This document shows positions 1 through 11,500 of a stretch of 42,901 bases of DNA, piece by piece. The translations under genes and the position numbers were made by a program. Each line of letters starts with the position of its first letter. Position 1 is the first letter of the stretch. Location of the stretch: positions 1-42,901 of IMG/VR virus record IMGVR_UViG_3300037506_000169. One strand, written 5' to 3'. The notes below the pieces were generated by a model. That model made no database searches and was not told the DNA's origin. It saw nothing but the letters and a program-made list of their open reading frames with translations. Origin of the DNA: a virus. Lineage: Duplodnaviria > Caudoviricetes.

Positions 1-78
1 AGGCGGGCCAAGAAAGGCAGTGTGCCGGCGCCCGAGTGGACCAGCGAAGGGTTCAAGGAACTGCATCAGAACGGCTAG
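1..78 (+). CDS. 3' end of small virion-region protein (partial)
   Basis: Frame 1 reads RRAKKGSVPAPEWTSEGFKELHQNG to TAG at 76-78; probably the C-terminus of the ORF starting at 42783. Confidence 0.45.
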   Translation, partial: RRAKKGSVPAPEWTSEGFKELHQNG

Positions 79-139
79 ACCGAGGTGACCGCTGTGCGCC
101 GCGTCGGCGGTCAGCCTTCTCCGCGCGGCCCATCGGATC

Positions 140-2740
140 ATGCTAAAGCTCGCTGCGAACCTTTCCCCAGACTACGAGTACTACATTGGCTGGACTGGGC
201 AGAGTAACGCCCGTCCCTGGGGATCGAAAGCAGAGGGTCGTTCCTATTTCGATGACTTCGATGTCGAGTTGGTCGGCTACACGTTGCCAACCGACTCGCT
301 GATCTTTGGTGCCAATTCCCGCTCGGTCGGTTCGACCGAGGTTGTGACGGCCTCGCCGGCCGAATTGAACGCGGACCAGTGGATCGGGTGCAAGCTGCGA
401 TTGGCAGCAACCACTGCCGGCACCACCGCCCTGCTGACGAAGGGCTACGCCCAGGTCATCGAGAACTCGGCAGGCACAATCACGATCCGCTGGTTGGTGT
501 TGCCGGCGGTCGGATCTGGCGTAGCGTTCAACTCGGCCGGTTACTTCATCCGAGACGATTTCAAGTGGGCAACCTATCCGCAAGTGCGCGTGTTGGTGCC
601 TTACCAGCCGACTAGTGACGATATCAACAGCCGCATCATCCCATATCCGACGGCCAACGGCGTGTGGGACCCATTCGCCTTGGGTTCTGGCGTCCTGATC
701 CCGAAAGGACAGGGCCTGCAACTGCCAGCGCCTTACAGCGTGCCGGCAGGTGTCACGAGCTTCGAGGATCTCGGCCTGTTCCTTGACTTCACATTCGCCG
801 AGGGCATCGCCGGCTTCGGCATCAGCGAGTTGACCAGCTCGAACGGCAGTGGCACCCGCACGATGACCGCAACGACAGCGAGCAGCTTCACGTTGTCGAG
901 CAACACAGATGTCAACGCGGATGCATTTGTCGACGGCTGGGTGGTTCTGGACTGGGCTGACGATAGTGGTGGTGCTGGCACTGGTGTGATGAAGCGCAGT
1001 TGGGGCCGCATCCTGTCGAATACGGCTGCTGCGACACCAGTGTTCACGCTGACGAATGTTGGATGGCTTGGCGCTGGCACGCCGACCGGAACTCCTGCGT
1101 ACCGTCGGTTCACCGTGTGGGTGCCGCACTTCAACGACAACCCGCACAGTTACCTCGGCGACGGGTTCAACTACCCGAACAACGAAATGCAGCCAGGTGG
1201 CTTCCCGAACGGGAGTTTCGCCGGTGTTCCGATCATCCGTAACAAGCCGCGCGGTCTCTCAAACGAACAGTATGGTGACCGTTTCGGTGACATGTTGGTG
1301 GCAGCGTCGCGACTTTCTTCGGCCATCGGCAAGCGAATCAACGTTGTGTTGCTCGGCGTCAACTCGTCGTCGCTGGGACCAAACTCCGTACCAACCACCT
1401 ACGCGACCGACGCGATTGTCGGTTGGTACAACCGGCAGAACACGTCGACCTGGGATCCGGCCATCTCGACCTCGCTCTACCACCGCGTCATCCGCCTGAT
1501 CTCGATGGTGACGAATGCGTTGCTTGCCGAAGGTAGTACCAAGACCGCCAAGTGCCTCGGTTGGGTGCATCTGCAAGGCGAAGGTGATGCACTACTCGGC
1601 AGCGCCCGCCAGCACTATCTCCAGTCGGTGCGTGCGTTTGTCACCGGTATCCGCAACGCCATCGACGCCGCCGGGCACAACCCCTACAGCAACGGTGCCA
1701 AGATTCCGTTCGTGCAGCCACGCATCATGCACCTGCCTTACGAGATCCGGGGCACGGTCACCTACTACGGCGTACCGGTGACTGTCGACGGCGACTCGGA
1801 GGGCCGAATCAACTCGGCGATCATCGACCAAGGCCAGACCGACGGCTTTGGCGGCACCATCTACACCGATGACTTGCCACGCTTTCTGCCGGATTCCGGT
1901 CACTGCAACGGGGTGGGTGAAGCCGAGCGTGGTGCCCGTCTTGCTGATCGTCTTGGCAGTCTAATCGAGTTCGCGCTCCAGCACGGTCCGGCCAATGGCG
2001 TATTGGTTACGCCGCCGCCTCGTATCATCGAGATCTGTAATGTGGCGTTGCGTCTGATCGGACAGACCTCGAGCATCACGTCGCTTGACGATGGTAGCGC
2101 CGAGGCCATGCACTGCAAGGCGTTGCTGCCGCATGCCCGTGACGTATTGCTGCAGGTCAGACAGTGGGACTTCGCCACCAAGCGGGTGCGGCTCGACAAG
2201 ATCCGACGACCAGACCAGTTCAGCTACGTGCAGTTCACCTACTGCTACGTCAGGCCGTACGATGCGCTCAACGCCTTTGCCGTGCTGCCGCCAAAAGTCG
2301 AAGAGGATGATTTTGACTCCAATCGGGTGCTGGACAGCGGCTACTCGGCAACCTTCGCGGCCAACCGCGGACATGCCGATCCCGTGACCTTAACGGAGGA
2401 CACGTGGATTGCTGCAGTCGAGGAACAGCCACAACCCTACGCGGTCGAGGCTTCGCCCTGGGGTGGACGCTACATCTTCACGAACCAGCGCCAAGCCATC
2501 CTGCGCTATACTGCGCGAGTTCTCGATGCGGACGCCTGGTCCGATGCATTCGTTGCGGCCGTCGAGTTTCACATGGCTTCGCTGCTGGCCAGCGCCATCA
2601 TCAAGGGTGACGTTGGCGAGCAGGTGGCGGCTCGTATGCGCAAGCGGACGGCTGAGGCTCTCGGCTTGGCGGCCATCTCGGATGCGAACCAGCAGAAAAC
2701 TGTAGTGGCGCACATACCGGACTTCCTTGCGGACCGATGA
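140..2740 (+). CDS. SGNH/sialate O-acetylesterase-like domain fused to tail tubular protein A (head-tail adaptor)
   Basis: Esterase motifs GQSNA, HLQGEGDA and DSGH (DxxH). The C-terminal ~240 aa (IEICNVALRLIGQ...HARDVLLQVRQWDFATKR) resemble gp11-like adaptors. Overlaps the next gene (ATGA). Confidence 0.8.
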   Translation: MLKLAANLSPDYEYYIGWTGQSNARPWGSKAEGRSYFDDFDVELVGYTLPTDSLIFGANSRSVGSTEVVTASPAELNADQWIGCKLRLAATTAGTTALLTKGYAQVIENSAGTITIRWLVLPAVGSGVAFNSAGYFIRDDFKWATYPQVRVLVPYQPTSDDINSRIIPYPTANGVWDPFALGSGVLIPKGQGLQLPAPYSVPAGVTSFEDLGLFLDFTFAEGIAGFGISELTSSNGSGTRTMTATTASSFTLSSNTDVNADAFVDGWVVLDWADDSGGAGTGVMKRSWGRILSNTAAATPVFTLTNVGWLGAGTPTGTPAYRRFTVWVPHFNDNPHSYLGDGFNYPNNEMQPGGFPNGSFAGVPIIRNKPRGLSNEQYGDRFGDMLVAASRLSSAIGKRINVVLLGVNSSSLGPNSVPTTYATDAIVGWYNRQNTSTWDPAISTSLYHRVIRLISMVTNALLAEGSTKTAKCLGWVHLQGEGDALLGSARQHYLQSVRAFVTGIRNAIDAAGHNPYSNGAKIPFVQPRIMHLPYEIRGTVTYYGVPVTVDGDSEGRINSAIIDQGQTDGFGGTIYTDDLPRFLPDSGHCNGVGEAERGARLADRLGSLIEFALQHGPANGVLVTPPPRIIEICNVALRLIGQTSSITSLDDGSAEAMHCKALLPHARDVLLQVRQWDFATKRVRLDKIRRPDQFSYVQFTYCYVRPYDALNAFAVLPPKVEEDDFDSNRVLDSGYSATFAANRGHADPVTLTEDTWIAAVEEQPQPYAVEASPWGGRYIFTNQRQAILRYTARVLDADAWSDAFVAAVEFHMASLLASAIIKGDVGEQVAARMRKRTAEALGLAAISDANQQKTVVAHIPDFLADR

Positions 2741-5700
2741 GCCGGCATCCCAAGATCTTGAGCAGGTCGTTTGCTGGTGGCGTGATGTCGCCAGAGATGT
2801 TCAGCCGGTTCGACGACCTGCCGTTTCAGTTCGGTGCGGCCGAGATCACGAACATGATCTGCAAAGCGCACGGTCCGCTACTGCGTCGGCCCGGAAGCCA
2901 GCTCGTGCGCAAAGCCAAGAACAGCAGCAAGCGGGTGGCGTTGCTACCGTTCAAGTTCAGTGAGTCGCAAGCGATGGTGCTTGAGGCCGGGCGCCATACG
3001 GTCTCGCCGACGCCGTCGCACGGACCTACTGAGATCGGTTACTTCCGAATCCACGACGAAGGCGGCACCAGGCTTTACTCGACCGTACCAACCACTTACG
3101 TCACCGAGAAGACCGTTTCGGTGGTCTCGGTTGCAAATGACGAACTCGAGTTCAGTAGCAGCCATCTGTTCAACACTGGCGACCCGATCGTCATCCAGCC
3201 TGGTGTCGATTCTGGCGGCAACGTTACATTCTCGACTACGACACACTTGGTGTCTTTCGTCGGCAGTGCAGGTCACCTGTCGAATGGTGCGCAGGTCATC
3301 TTCTCTGGCGCTGGCCAGTTGCCATCCAACCTGCAAGAATATCGGCTCTACTACATCACCGAGTACACAGCCGGTAGTGCGTTTCGCATCTCGAACGAAG
3401 TCGGTGGCACGCCGATCAACTTTGCGACCGCGGGCGGCACCGCCAAGTGTGTGGTGATGCCGTTCTGTTCACATGCAAGCGGGACCAAAGGTCTGTTTGC
3501 CAACACGGTCTACTATGCAATCTCAACGTCATCGACCAAGTTGCGGGTCGCGTTGAGCCGCAACGATGCGATTGCGGGCACGCCAGTCTATTTCAACATC
3601 CTGACTGATGGCATGGGTGCGTCGGCTGGCCTGCCCGTACTGAAGGTGCACTACGCCTACCTGCCCGGTGACAAAACCAACTGGACCGGTGTAGGGTCCG
3701 GGTTCTTCTATTGTCTTCGCCCGCCTTACGGCGATCCTGGTTCGCAGTTTGTGTTCACGAACGACCACCTTGGACATCCGCCTCCGGATTGGGGACAGTA
3801 CTGGGTCAGGATCGCTGGCACATCCGCATCTGTGACCGTCAGCACGGTAACGCATTTCGTCGACTGGGGTGCGGCGCATGGCCTTAGCAACGGCGACCCG
3901 GTCATCTTCAGCGGTTCGGTCGCGCCGACGCCAGTTGTGTTCGGGCAGGTCTACTACGTCAGAGCCAAGACTACCAACACGTTTCGCGTGTCGGCCACGC
4001 CATCCGGACCGCTCATCACGTTCAGTGGGGCCGGTACTAGCGTGGTAGTGCTGGCCAACTCGTTCATCGAGGTGCCGCATTACTACGGTGAGGACGAGTT
4101 GTTCGAGCTGACGTATGCGCAGAGCAACGATGTGTTGTCGCTTGCCAGCAAGCGCCATCCGTTTGCCGAGTTCCGTCGGTATTCGGCCGAGACATTCACA
4201 CTTCAGGACACCTACTTCGTCGCGGGTGTGCAGCCGCCGGCCAACGTCATCACGTATACGCGCTTCGCCGGCGAGGGGTTCAACGTCACGGTCGCTGCTG
4301 CTGGGTCGGCGCCTGGTACCCCGGCCAGACTGACGACCCCGACCAAACATCAGCTTGCAAAGGGTGAACCGGTCTACATAACCGGCCTGTCGTCACAAGG
4401 CATCCCAGACAACTTTTACCTGATACACGACGACACGGTGTCAAGCACGGTCGACTTCTATCTTCGGTACATGGCATCCGGAGAAAACGTGGTTGCGAGC
4501 GGCACCGGCGGCGCCGGCGTGCTTAACAGTTCATCTACATCAGTCAACACGACCAACTACTATGTAGTGACCAGCATCGACAGCAACGGGGTCGAGTCCT
4601 ATCCGTCGAACGTTCTGACCATCACGAACAACTTGTACGTGTCGGGCTCATACAACACGATCACATGGGACAGTCGTGCCAACGCAGTTCGCTACCGCAT
4701 CTACAAGTCAGAATTCGCATTGTTCGGCTTAATAGGCGAGACCGATGGTCTCTACTGGAAAGATGACAACATCTCGCCGGATCTGGCCATCTCGCCACCG
4801 ATCATCGACGGGTCGCTGTTGCGTTCGGCCAGCGTCACGTTCGATACGACGTCTGATCGGGTGACCTGGATTGGTCACGGGCTCGAGGCTGGGGCCCCGA
4901 TCATCTTCTACTCGAACGGCGATCTGCCGAGTCCGTTAGTGGAGGGCACAACCTACTATGTGACGAATCCGAGCGCCGATGCGTTTGGTTTGTCCACGAC
5001 CGAGGACTTGCTGTCGCCGGTTGCGTTATCCGGCGGTTCCGGGCAACACAAAGCAAGCGCCGGCTACTTCCCTGGGGCGGTTGGTTACTTCGAGCAGCGT
5101 CGGGTGCTCGGCGGTTCGCTTTCTCGGGCGCAGGACATCTGGATGACAGCGAGCGGCACCGAGACCGACTTGAGCTACTCGTTGCCGGTCGTTGATAGCG
5201 ATCGGGTGCAGTTCCGCATCAGCTCGCGCGAGTTCAGCGCGGTCAAGCACGTGGTCTCGCTGTCGCACCTGGCCTTGCTCTCGTCCAGCGCCGAGTACCG
5301 GGTGACACCGATCAACACGGACGCGATCACCCCGACCTCCATCTCGGTACGGCCGCAGAGCTACGTCGGTGCCGCATCGGTCCAGCCAAGTGTCGTGAAC
5401 GCAAACGTGGTGTTCGCGGCAGCTCGAGGCGGACACGTGCGTGAACTCGGCTACAACGCAGACGTGTCGGGTTACCTGACCGGCGATTTGAGCTTGCGTG
5501 CCACGCATCTGTTCGACGACCAGACCATCGTGCAGCAGAGCTACCAGAAGGCGCCACATCCGGTCATTTGGTTCGTGTCGAGCACGGGCAACCTCTTAGG
5601 TCTAAGCTACGTTCCGGACGAAAAAGTCGGAGCATGGCACACGCACGAGACCGATGGCGTGTTCGAGTCGGTTTGCGTAATTCCGGAAGGTGACGAGGAC

Positions 5701-6288
5701 CGCGTATATGTAGTGGTCAAGCGCACGATCAACAGCCAGGAAGTCAGGTTTGTCGAACGTTTGTCGGTGCAGGCGGTCAGCCTGCTGGCCGATGCGGTAT
5801 ACATGGATTGTGCGCTCACTTACACCGGCGCTGCCACAACTACGCTGTCCGGGCTCGATCATTTGGAGGGCAAGACCGTTGTGATCTTGGCGGACGGCGT
5901 AGTACAGCCATCCAAGACCGTGGTGGGCGGTGCCATCACGCTCGCGACCGCAGCAAGCAAGGTCCATGTCGGGCTGGCGACGACCGCCAGGCTCAGAACC
6001 TTGCCCCTGTCCATGATGCAGGGGGTTGACGCCTACGGTAGCGGCAAGCAGAAGAACGTGAATGCAGCATGGGTTCGGGTGTTCGAGTCCGGCCGGTTCC
6101 GTATCGGTCCCACCAGCAATGCGCTGGTCTACTCGCCAGCACCGGCGGCTGGTCAGCTCATGACCGACATGGTTGCGGTCACGTTGTCACCGACTTGGGA
6201 TGATGATGGTCAGATCGTGGTTGAACAGACCGAGCCATTGCCACTTACCATCGTAGGGGTGACGCTTGAGGTCGCGGCCGGAGGCTAG
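2737..6288 (+). CDS. Tail tubular protein B / nozzle (T7 gp12-like) with inserted repeat domains
   Basis: N-terminal SFAGGVMSPEMFSRFD...GPLLRRPG, central YFPGAVGYFEQRRVLGG, C-terminal QTEPLPLTIVGV; located directly after tube A. Confidence 0.85.
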   Translation: MSRHPKILSRSFAGGVMSPEMFSRFDDLPFQFGAAEITNMICKAHGPLLRRPGSQLVRKAKNSSKRVALLPFKFSESQAMVLEAGRHTVSPTPSHGPTEIGYFRIHDEGGTRLYSTVPTTYVTEKTVSVVSVANDELEFSSSHLFNTGDPIVIQPGVDSGGNVTFSTTTHLVSFVGSAGHLSNGAQVIFSGAGQLPSNLQEYRLYYITEYTAGSAFRISNEVGGTPINFATAGGTAKCVVMPFCSHASGTKGLFANTVYYAISTSSTKLRVALSRNDAIAGTPVYFNILTDGMGASAGLPVLKVHYAYLPGDKTNWTGVGSGFFYCLRPPYGDPGSQFVFTNDHLGHPPPDWGQYWVRIAGTSASVTVSTVTHFVDWGAAHGLSNGDPVIFSGSVAPTPVVFGQVYYVRAKTTNTFRVSATPSGPLITFSGAGTSVVVLANSFIEVPHYYGEDELFELTYAQSNDVLSLASKRHPFAEFRRYSAETFTLQDTYFVAGVQPPANVITYTRFAGEGFNVTVAAAGSAPGTPARLTTPTKHQLAKGEPVYITGLSSQGIPDNFYLIHDDTVSSTVDFYLRYMASGENVVASGTGGAGVLNSSSTSVNTTNYYVVTSIDSNGVESYPSNVLTITNNLYVSGSYNTITWDSRANAVRYRIYKSEFALFGLIGETDGLYWKDDNISPDLAISPPIIDGSLLRSASVTFDTTSDRVTWIGHGLEAGAPIIFYSNGDLPSPLVEGTTYYVTNPSADAFGLSTTEDLLSPVALSGGSGQHKASAGYFPGAVGYFEQRRVLGGSLSRAQDIWMTASGTETDLSYSLPVVDSDRVQFRISSREFSAVKHVVSLSHLALLSSSAEYRVTPINTDAITPTSISVRPQSYVGAASVQPSVVNANVVFAAARGGHVRELGYNADVSGYLTGDLSLRATHLFDDQTIVQQSYQKAPHPVIWFVSSTGNLLGLSYVPDEKVGAWHTHETDGVFESVCVIPEGDEDRVYVVVKRTINSQEVRFVERLSVQAVSLLADAVYMDCALTYTGAATTTLSGLDHLEGKTVVILADGVVQPSKTVVGGAITLATAASKVHVGLATTARLRTLPLSMMQGVDAYGSGKQKNVNAAWVRVFESGRFRIGPTSNALVYSPAPAAGQLMTDMVAVTLSPTWDDDGQIVVEQTEPLPLTIVGVTLEVAAGG

Positions 6289-6290
6289 GC

Positions 6291-6923
6291 ATGGCGATAA
6301 CCGATACTGGTAGTGTGACATCTGGCGCAACCATTGGGGGAAGCGGACTCAGCGGACTCGGCTCGTTTGGCAACGTGATGGCGGTCGCTGGGCTGGCCAG
6401 CCAGGCCATCGGCACTTACTACCAGGTAAAAACTGCCGAGTATCAGGCCAAGTCAGCCGCGCTGGATCTGGAATTCGAGAGTACGATGGCAGCACTGAAT
6501 GCGCGGGCTGCCGAACAGGACGCGCAACTCGAGTTGCAGTCCTGGCACCGCGAGATGGGGCGGATGGGGCTGCAGTATCGGCAAGCGCTAAGCGCTCAAC
6601 GCACCACGACCGCAGCGGCAGGTATCCAGGCTGGGGTCGGATCGGCCGCTGAGGTCATGGCGTCCGGCAACCTCGCCAAGGAGATGGACCTCATCACGAT
6701 GAACAGCAACGCGATGCGTGCGGCAAACGCGGCACGCACCCGTGCGGTCAACTTCCGCAACCAGTCGCTGCTTACCAGCTTGAGTGCGAGAAACATTCGG
6801 AACAGCGCTGGTCTAATGAGTCCTTGGTTGTCAGCCGGTACGAGTCTGCTCGGCGGTGCTGGTCAGGTTGCGCAGCAGTGGGCCACGAGCGGTGTTCGGG
6901 ACCGGCGTTACGCCAGAGGATAG
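6291..6923 (+). CDS. Internal virion protein (gp14-like)
   Basis: 210 aa, Ala/Gly-rich helical protein with hydrophobic ends; syntenic position after the nozzle gene. Confidence 0.65.
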   Translation: MAITDTGSVTSGATIGGSGLSGLGSFGNVMAVAGLASQAIGTYYQVKTAEYQAKSAALDLEFESTMAALNARAAEQDAQLELQSWHREMGRMGLQYRQALSAQRTTTAAAGIQAGVGSAAEVMASGNLAKEMDLITMNSNAMRAANAARTRAVNFRNQSLLTSLSARNIRNSAGLMSPWLSAGTSLLGGAGQVAQQWATSGVRDRRYARG

Positions 6924-6926
6924 GTC

Positions 6927-8534
6927 ATGCCACAAGTTCCGTTGCCTGCTGTTGGGACCCAGGTCGGGGCCTCGGTGCCGTTCACTGCACCAGGCGTTAC
7001 GTCGGCGTTCGATGTGGCCGGCAAGCAGATCGAGCAACTCGGTGCGGCTGCGACCGAAACCGGTCTTCGCGTGAATCAGATCGCTGCAGTACTGCAGGAC
7101 GACATCGACGATGCTGCGACCAAGGAAGCGTATACCCGGTTCGCGGACTACGCGCAATCGGTGCTGCTGGCACCGGATTCAGGTTACCTGCATAAGATTG
7201 GCAAGGCCGCGGTCGGTGACTCGCGCGCACATGTTCTCGACGCGATCGAGAAAAAGCGTCAAGAGCTGGAGCGAAGCCTACTGAACGAGAACCAGCGCAA
7301 CCAATTCTCGTTGCGCTCGCGCGCGCACACACTCGATGTGCGAACCAAGGTATGGCTGCACGAAGGCGAGCAGATGCGTGTCTACAACCTTGGGCAAACC
7401 AAGGCGATGCGCTTGCAGTCAGTGCAGGACGCGGCCAACTCGTACCTGCTCGTGCCTCCCGATGCCGACCAGCAGGCCATGTTGGAGACTGCAGCTGCGG
7501 CCCAGAAGGTTGCGAGCACTGGCACGAGCGAGCGCGGCCTGACCGTGCCGCAGGATCCGCAACAGGCCCGCATCCAGGCTCTCGCCAACGCGGGACGTGC
7601 ATCGGCGACCGGGTTCTACCGCAAGACGGCGCTTGCGCAGGCCGATGAAGAAGCGCGGTTGCGCGGTTACGAATTGGGTTCTGCTTTGCACAAGCAGTTG
7701 CGACTCGACACGACGACCGCGATCCATGAGCAAGTCGTGAACGGGTTCTTGGCAAGTGGCCAAACCGAGCGTGCTGCCAAGTACCTGGCCGGTACCGAGC
7801 CGACCGAGATCGACCCGATCGTCCGAGCTAACCTGCAGCATGATGTCGAGCGCCAGACATTCACCGACCAAGCCGCTCGGGTTGCGATCGCAACGGTTGG
7901 TGAGGCCGAAGCGGCAGCACGTGACAAGGGTTACCCGCTGGAACGCATGCTGGTGGACACGCGTCAAATTCTCGAGGCCAAGTTCAAGAGAGGAGAGATC
8001 TCTTCCCGCGTGATGGACAAGGCATGGGACGATGTAAAGGAGGTATACTCGGCACGGCAGCAAGCCCGTGCCGGCGATGCCAAGGTAGCAATGGACCAGG
8101 CCAAGGCGTTCTGGTCACAGAATCCAGCGGCTGAGTTACCGGCTGCGCTCTACAACAAGCTTGATCGATTGGAGATGCTTGGCGTGTTGCCGGCGCTCCG
8201 TGCACAAGTCAGCCGTCCGCGCGCAATCGCGCTCGGCAAGATGATCTCGGAGACCGAGGAGTCGCTGAAACCTCTGGAGGATGAGATTAACCATACCAAG
8301 CGCATTCTCGGCCAGATCGAGCGCGGCAAATTCGCCGGTACGCGCGAAGCCGCCGAAGCCGTGAAGAAGCAGTTGCCGATCCTGCTCAAACAGCAGGCCC
8401 AGCTCAGGACCAACATCACGCTGTGGAAGGCCGAGCAGGTCAGGTTGCTCGGTGGGATGGCTGACGTCGACACCATGCAACCATCGAAGGACGCGATTGA
8501 CATGCTGCTCGACAAGATCGGTGGTGACCAGTGA
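6927..8534 (+). CDS. Internal virion protein (gp15-like position)
   Basis: 535-aa helical protein starting MPQVP; second gene of the ejection-protein cluster. Confidence 0.6.
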   Translation: MPQVPLPAVGTQVGASVPFTAPGVTSAFDVAGKQIEQLGAAATETGLRVNQIAAVLQDDIDDAATKEAYTRFADYAQSVLLAPDSGYLHKIGKAAVGDSRAHVLDAIEKKRQELERSLLNENQRNQFSLRSRAHTLDVRTKVWLHEGEQMRVYNLGQTKAMRLQSVQDAANSYLLVPPDADQQAMLETAAAAQKVASTGTSERGLTVPQDPQQARIQALANAGRASATGFYRKTALAQADEEARLRGYELGSALHKQLRLDTTTAIHEQVVNGFLASGQTERAAKYLAGTEPTEIDPIVRANLQHDVERQTFTDQAARVAIATVGEAEAAARDKGYPLERMLVDTRQILEAKFKRGEISSRVMDKAWDDVKEVYSARQQARAGDAKVAMDQAKAFWSQNPAAELPAALYNKLDRLEMLGVLPALRAQVSRPRAIALGKMISETEESLKPLEDEINHTKRILGQIERGKFAGTREAAEAVKKQLPILLKQQAQLRTNITLWKAEQVRLLGGMADVDTMQPSKDAIDMLLDKIGGDQ

Positions 8535-11500
8535 GCGCGAACGGCGCCCCGGTCCTGAGTTCTGACATCGATCCTGGTACGCCACGCGAGCGGCTTCTGC
8601 GGATGGCATCGCTACGTGCGGCGCATCTGCAGCGTCCAGCGCACAACTGGCCTGGGCTCGCTGAGGAAGAGGCGTACGCGGAAGCCATTCGGCAGATTGG
8701 TGTGAATCTTGACATTCCCTCACTCCGTGCGGATTTCGTCACGTACGTCAAGACTGGCGTACGCACGCCTGCCATCTACGACTTCACGAAAGAGCCGGAT
8801 CCGAGCGATCCGACCAACCCGGCCTACTACAAGAACCGGGACGAACACAGCTTGCTGCGTGATTGGCTTGTCGAACCGTTGCTGCGCATCCCGGCGGCTG
8901 GCGCACAGGGCATTGTGAATCTCGGTGCCGGCGTGGCCAACCTGTTCGGTGCCGACCTTACGCCACCCGAGATGGAATCGGCGTTCTACGCGGCCCTGCG
9001 CAAGTACGGTGGTGACACCGCGAGCATGCGGCAGTTGCGTGCCGAGGAAGCGGCCAGGCTGCAGGCGTACGAAGAGTCGCGCGGCGTCGGACAGCAGATC
9101 GTGCAGGGCTCCGGCACGGTGGTCGGAACGGTTGTCGGCTTCACGATGAACATGGCACTTCGCGTTGGCGCGACTGTCGGCGGCTGGGCTGTGAGGGCGG
9201 CGCTGAACATCGGCAAGAACCCGACACTCATGCAGAAGGTCGGATTGCTGGCTGGTCGCGGAGCGGGAGGATTCGGCACGCTCGAGGCGTTGCAGCAGCC
9301 GACCGGGACCGAGCCGTTGACGCTGGAGGAGCGGGCGCACAACGCCTTGATCGGTGCGGTGACCGGTCCTGCCTACGAGTTGACCGGCCAGGCCGGCAAG
9401 GCCGCGTTCTTCAAGCTGATGCGCAGTGCCGGTCGGGACGGCGAGGCTCTGAGCACGGCAGTTGCCAAGTGGGCACGCGAGAAGGGTATCGGACGTGCGA
9501 CCGAGGATGGTGAAACGAAGGAGCAGTTCTTCAAGCGGGCGATCGACGCTTGGGTAGCGGATGGGACGCCTGGGCTCGCTGGCACTGCGATCAACACGAA
9601 GAAGGCAGTGGCGCTGGCCGGCCAGGCGCTAGTCGAGGCTCTCGGGTTTTCGGCGATTGATGCCAAGTTCCGTGAAGATCTGACGGCCGCCTGGCTTGAC
9701 CAGGACCAGGAGGCGTGGGAACGGGTGGTTATTGGGTTTGCCGGCAACGCGCTCGGCATGTGGTTTCTGCACGCGGGCGGCAAGTTGAACGGGATTCCGC
9801 GGCTGCAACGCCAGTTCGAGACTGATGTGGACGGCCGCATCGTGCCAGTGTCGGTTCTGACAACCGGCGCGCGCAAGTCGACCACGCCTACCCGCGTGCT
9901 GGACCCAATCGCTGGGTTCGACGTGCAGGCGCTGCCGAACGAACCGCAGCAGGTCACCAGCATTCGTGAGTTGACCCGTTTGCCGGATCGGCCAACACCA
10001 CTCGATCCGGTCGAATTGCAGAGAGAAGCGCAGCGAAGTATTTTTCTGCGCAACCATTTGTGGAGATTCGGGTGGGCACCAGCAACGCCAGAGCAGAAGC
10101 ACCCTCAGGAACCTCCAGGCATCACTCCGCCAGGTGGCGTGCGGCCAACCGAGCCTCCGCGTGAGGATCCTGCGGTCCTGCGTAACCGGATGTTGGCAGA
10201 GATATTTCGTCAGACGCACTTTGCTCGGTGGGGTTGGGCTCCAGCCGAAGTGAAAGGGCCTCCGACCGGGACCGAACCGACGGCTGTTCCAAGTGAAACG
10301 CCGCCCCGTAAGCCGGAACCGATCGAGTCTGGTCAGGCCACCAGGTTCGAGTTGCCAGATTCCCCCTACGGGTTTGAGATCCGTGCCGGAGACGCGGTCC
10401 CGAACGAAGCGCTTAGGGAAGCCCTAGGAAGCCCTGTTCGGGTCCCTGTTGCGTTGTTTGCTGACTACCTGCACAAGGCCAGCCTGCTGTCCGCGCTGCA
10501 CAGTAAGACCCGTTTACCTGGCCAGGAGGTCTCGGTAGAAGGCGTCTACGGCGAGGGCGATCTGCTACGGACCATTCGCTACGGCGAATACCTGGAGCGT
10601 ACCGCCACGGTCGACTCGAGATGGCGACCTGCCGGCACCGTCCCGGAGCGCGGTCGGGACGAGTTGCAACCTAAGCAGCATGATCTTGTGCTCAACCTGC
10701 AGAACGCGGCGAAACGGCAGGATCTTGAACCTGCCGACCGGTCGCTGCTCGGTGGGGTAGTCGAGACCCTGCGGACCGTGGCGGCCGAGAAGGATCAGTC
10801 GGTTCAGGACACGCTCGCGATCCTGCCGGACCTGACCAGGCAGCTTCAGGACCCGAACCCACAGGTTGCTGCCGAAGCGGTCCGCACAATGGCCGAGAGC
10901 CTGACGACGACCGGTCCCGAAGTCCTGAAGGCACGAGAGGAAGCAAGGAAGGAAGCCGAGAAGGAAGCGGCTGAAGCCGCGAAGCGACCGCCGAACGACT
11001 TCTACGTACTCATCAAAAACCAGTCCGGCGAGACCGAGGGCGTGTTCACGACCGCCAAAACAGAAGCCGAGGCCATTACCGAAGCGCTCAGCAAGGTGCC
11101 TGGCGAGGTCGTGCTGGTCGAAGACTTGAGTACGGCGCCGCCGTCGCGACCGTCCGAAGCCTTCGGCGGGTTAGTGCCGCCTGAGATTGCTCGAGCCGTA
11201 ACGCAGGCTGTCGTCGGTGGCTCGAGTGGCGCGCGCGACGTCTTTAGCAAGCTACTCGATGCCTACGAACGGTCGTTGATTCGCCGGGTCGAGGACGCTG
11301 GCGCTCGGACTGCAGCCGCGATGGGCCGAGCGTCTGATCTGAAGACACGCGAGTTGCGTGCCGAAAACAAGCGCGAAGGGCAGAGACGCTACGAGGAGTT
11401 GACGCAACGGCCGAATCGCGAGTTGGAGCGCAAGCTCTACGACGGCAAAGGCGCGATCACGACCGTGCTGGAGGCCAAGCTCGACGAAAAGCTCGGCCAG

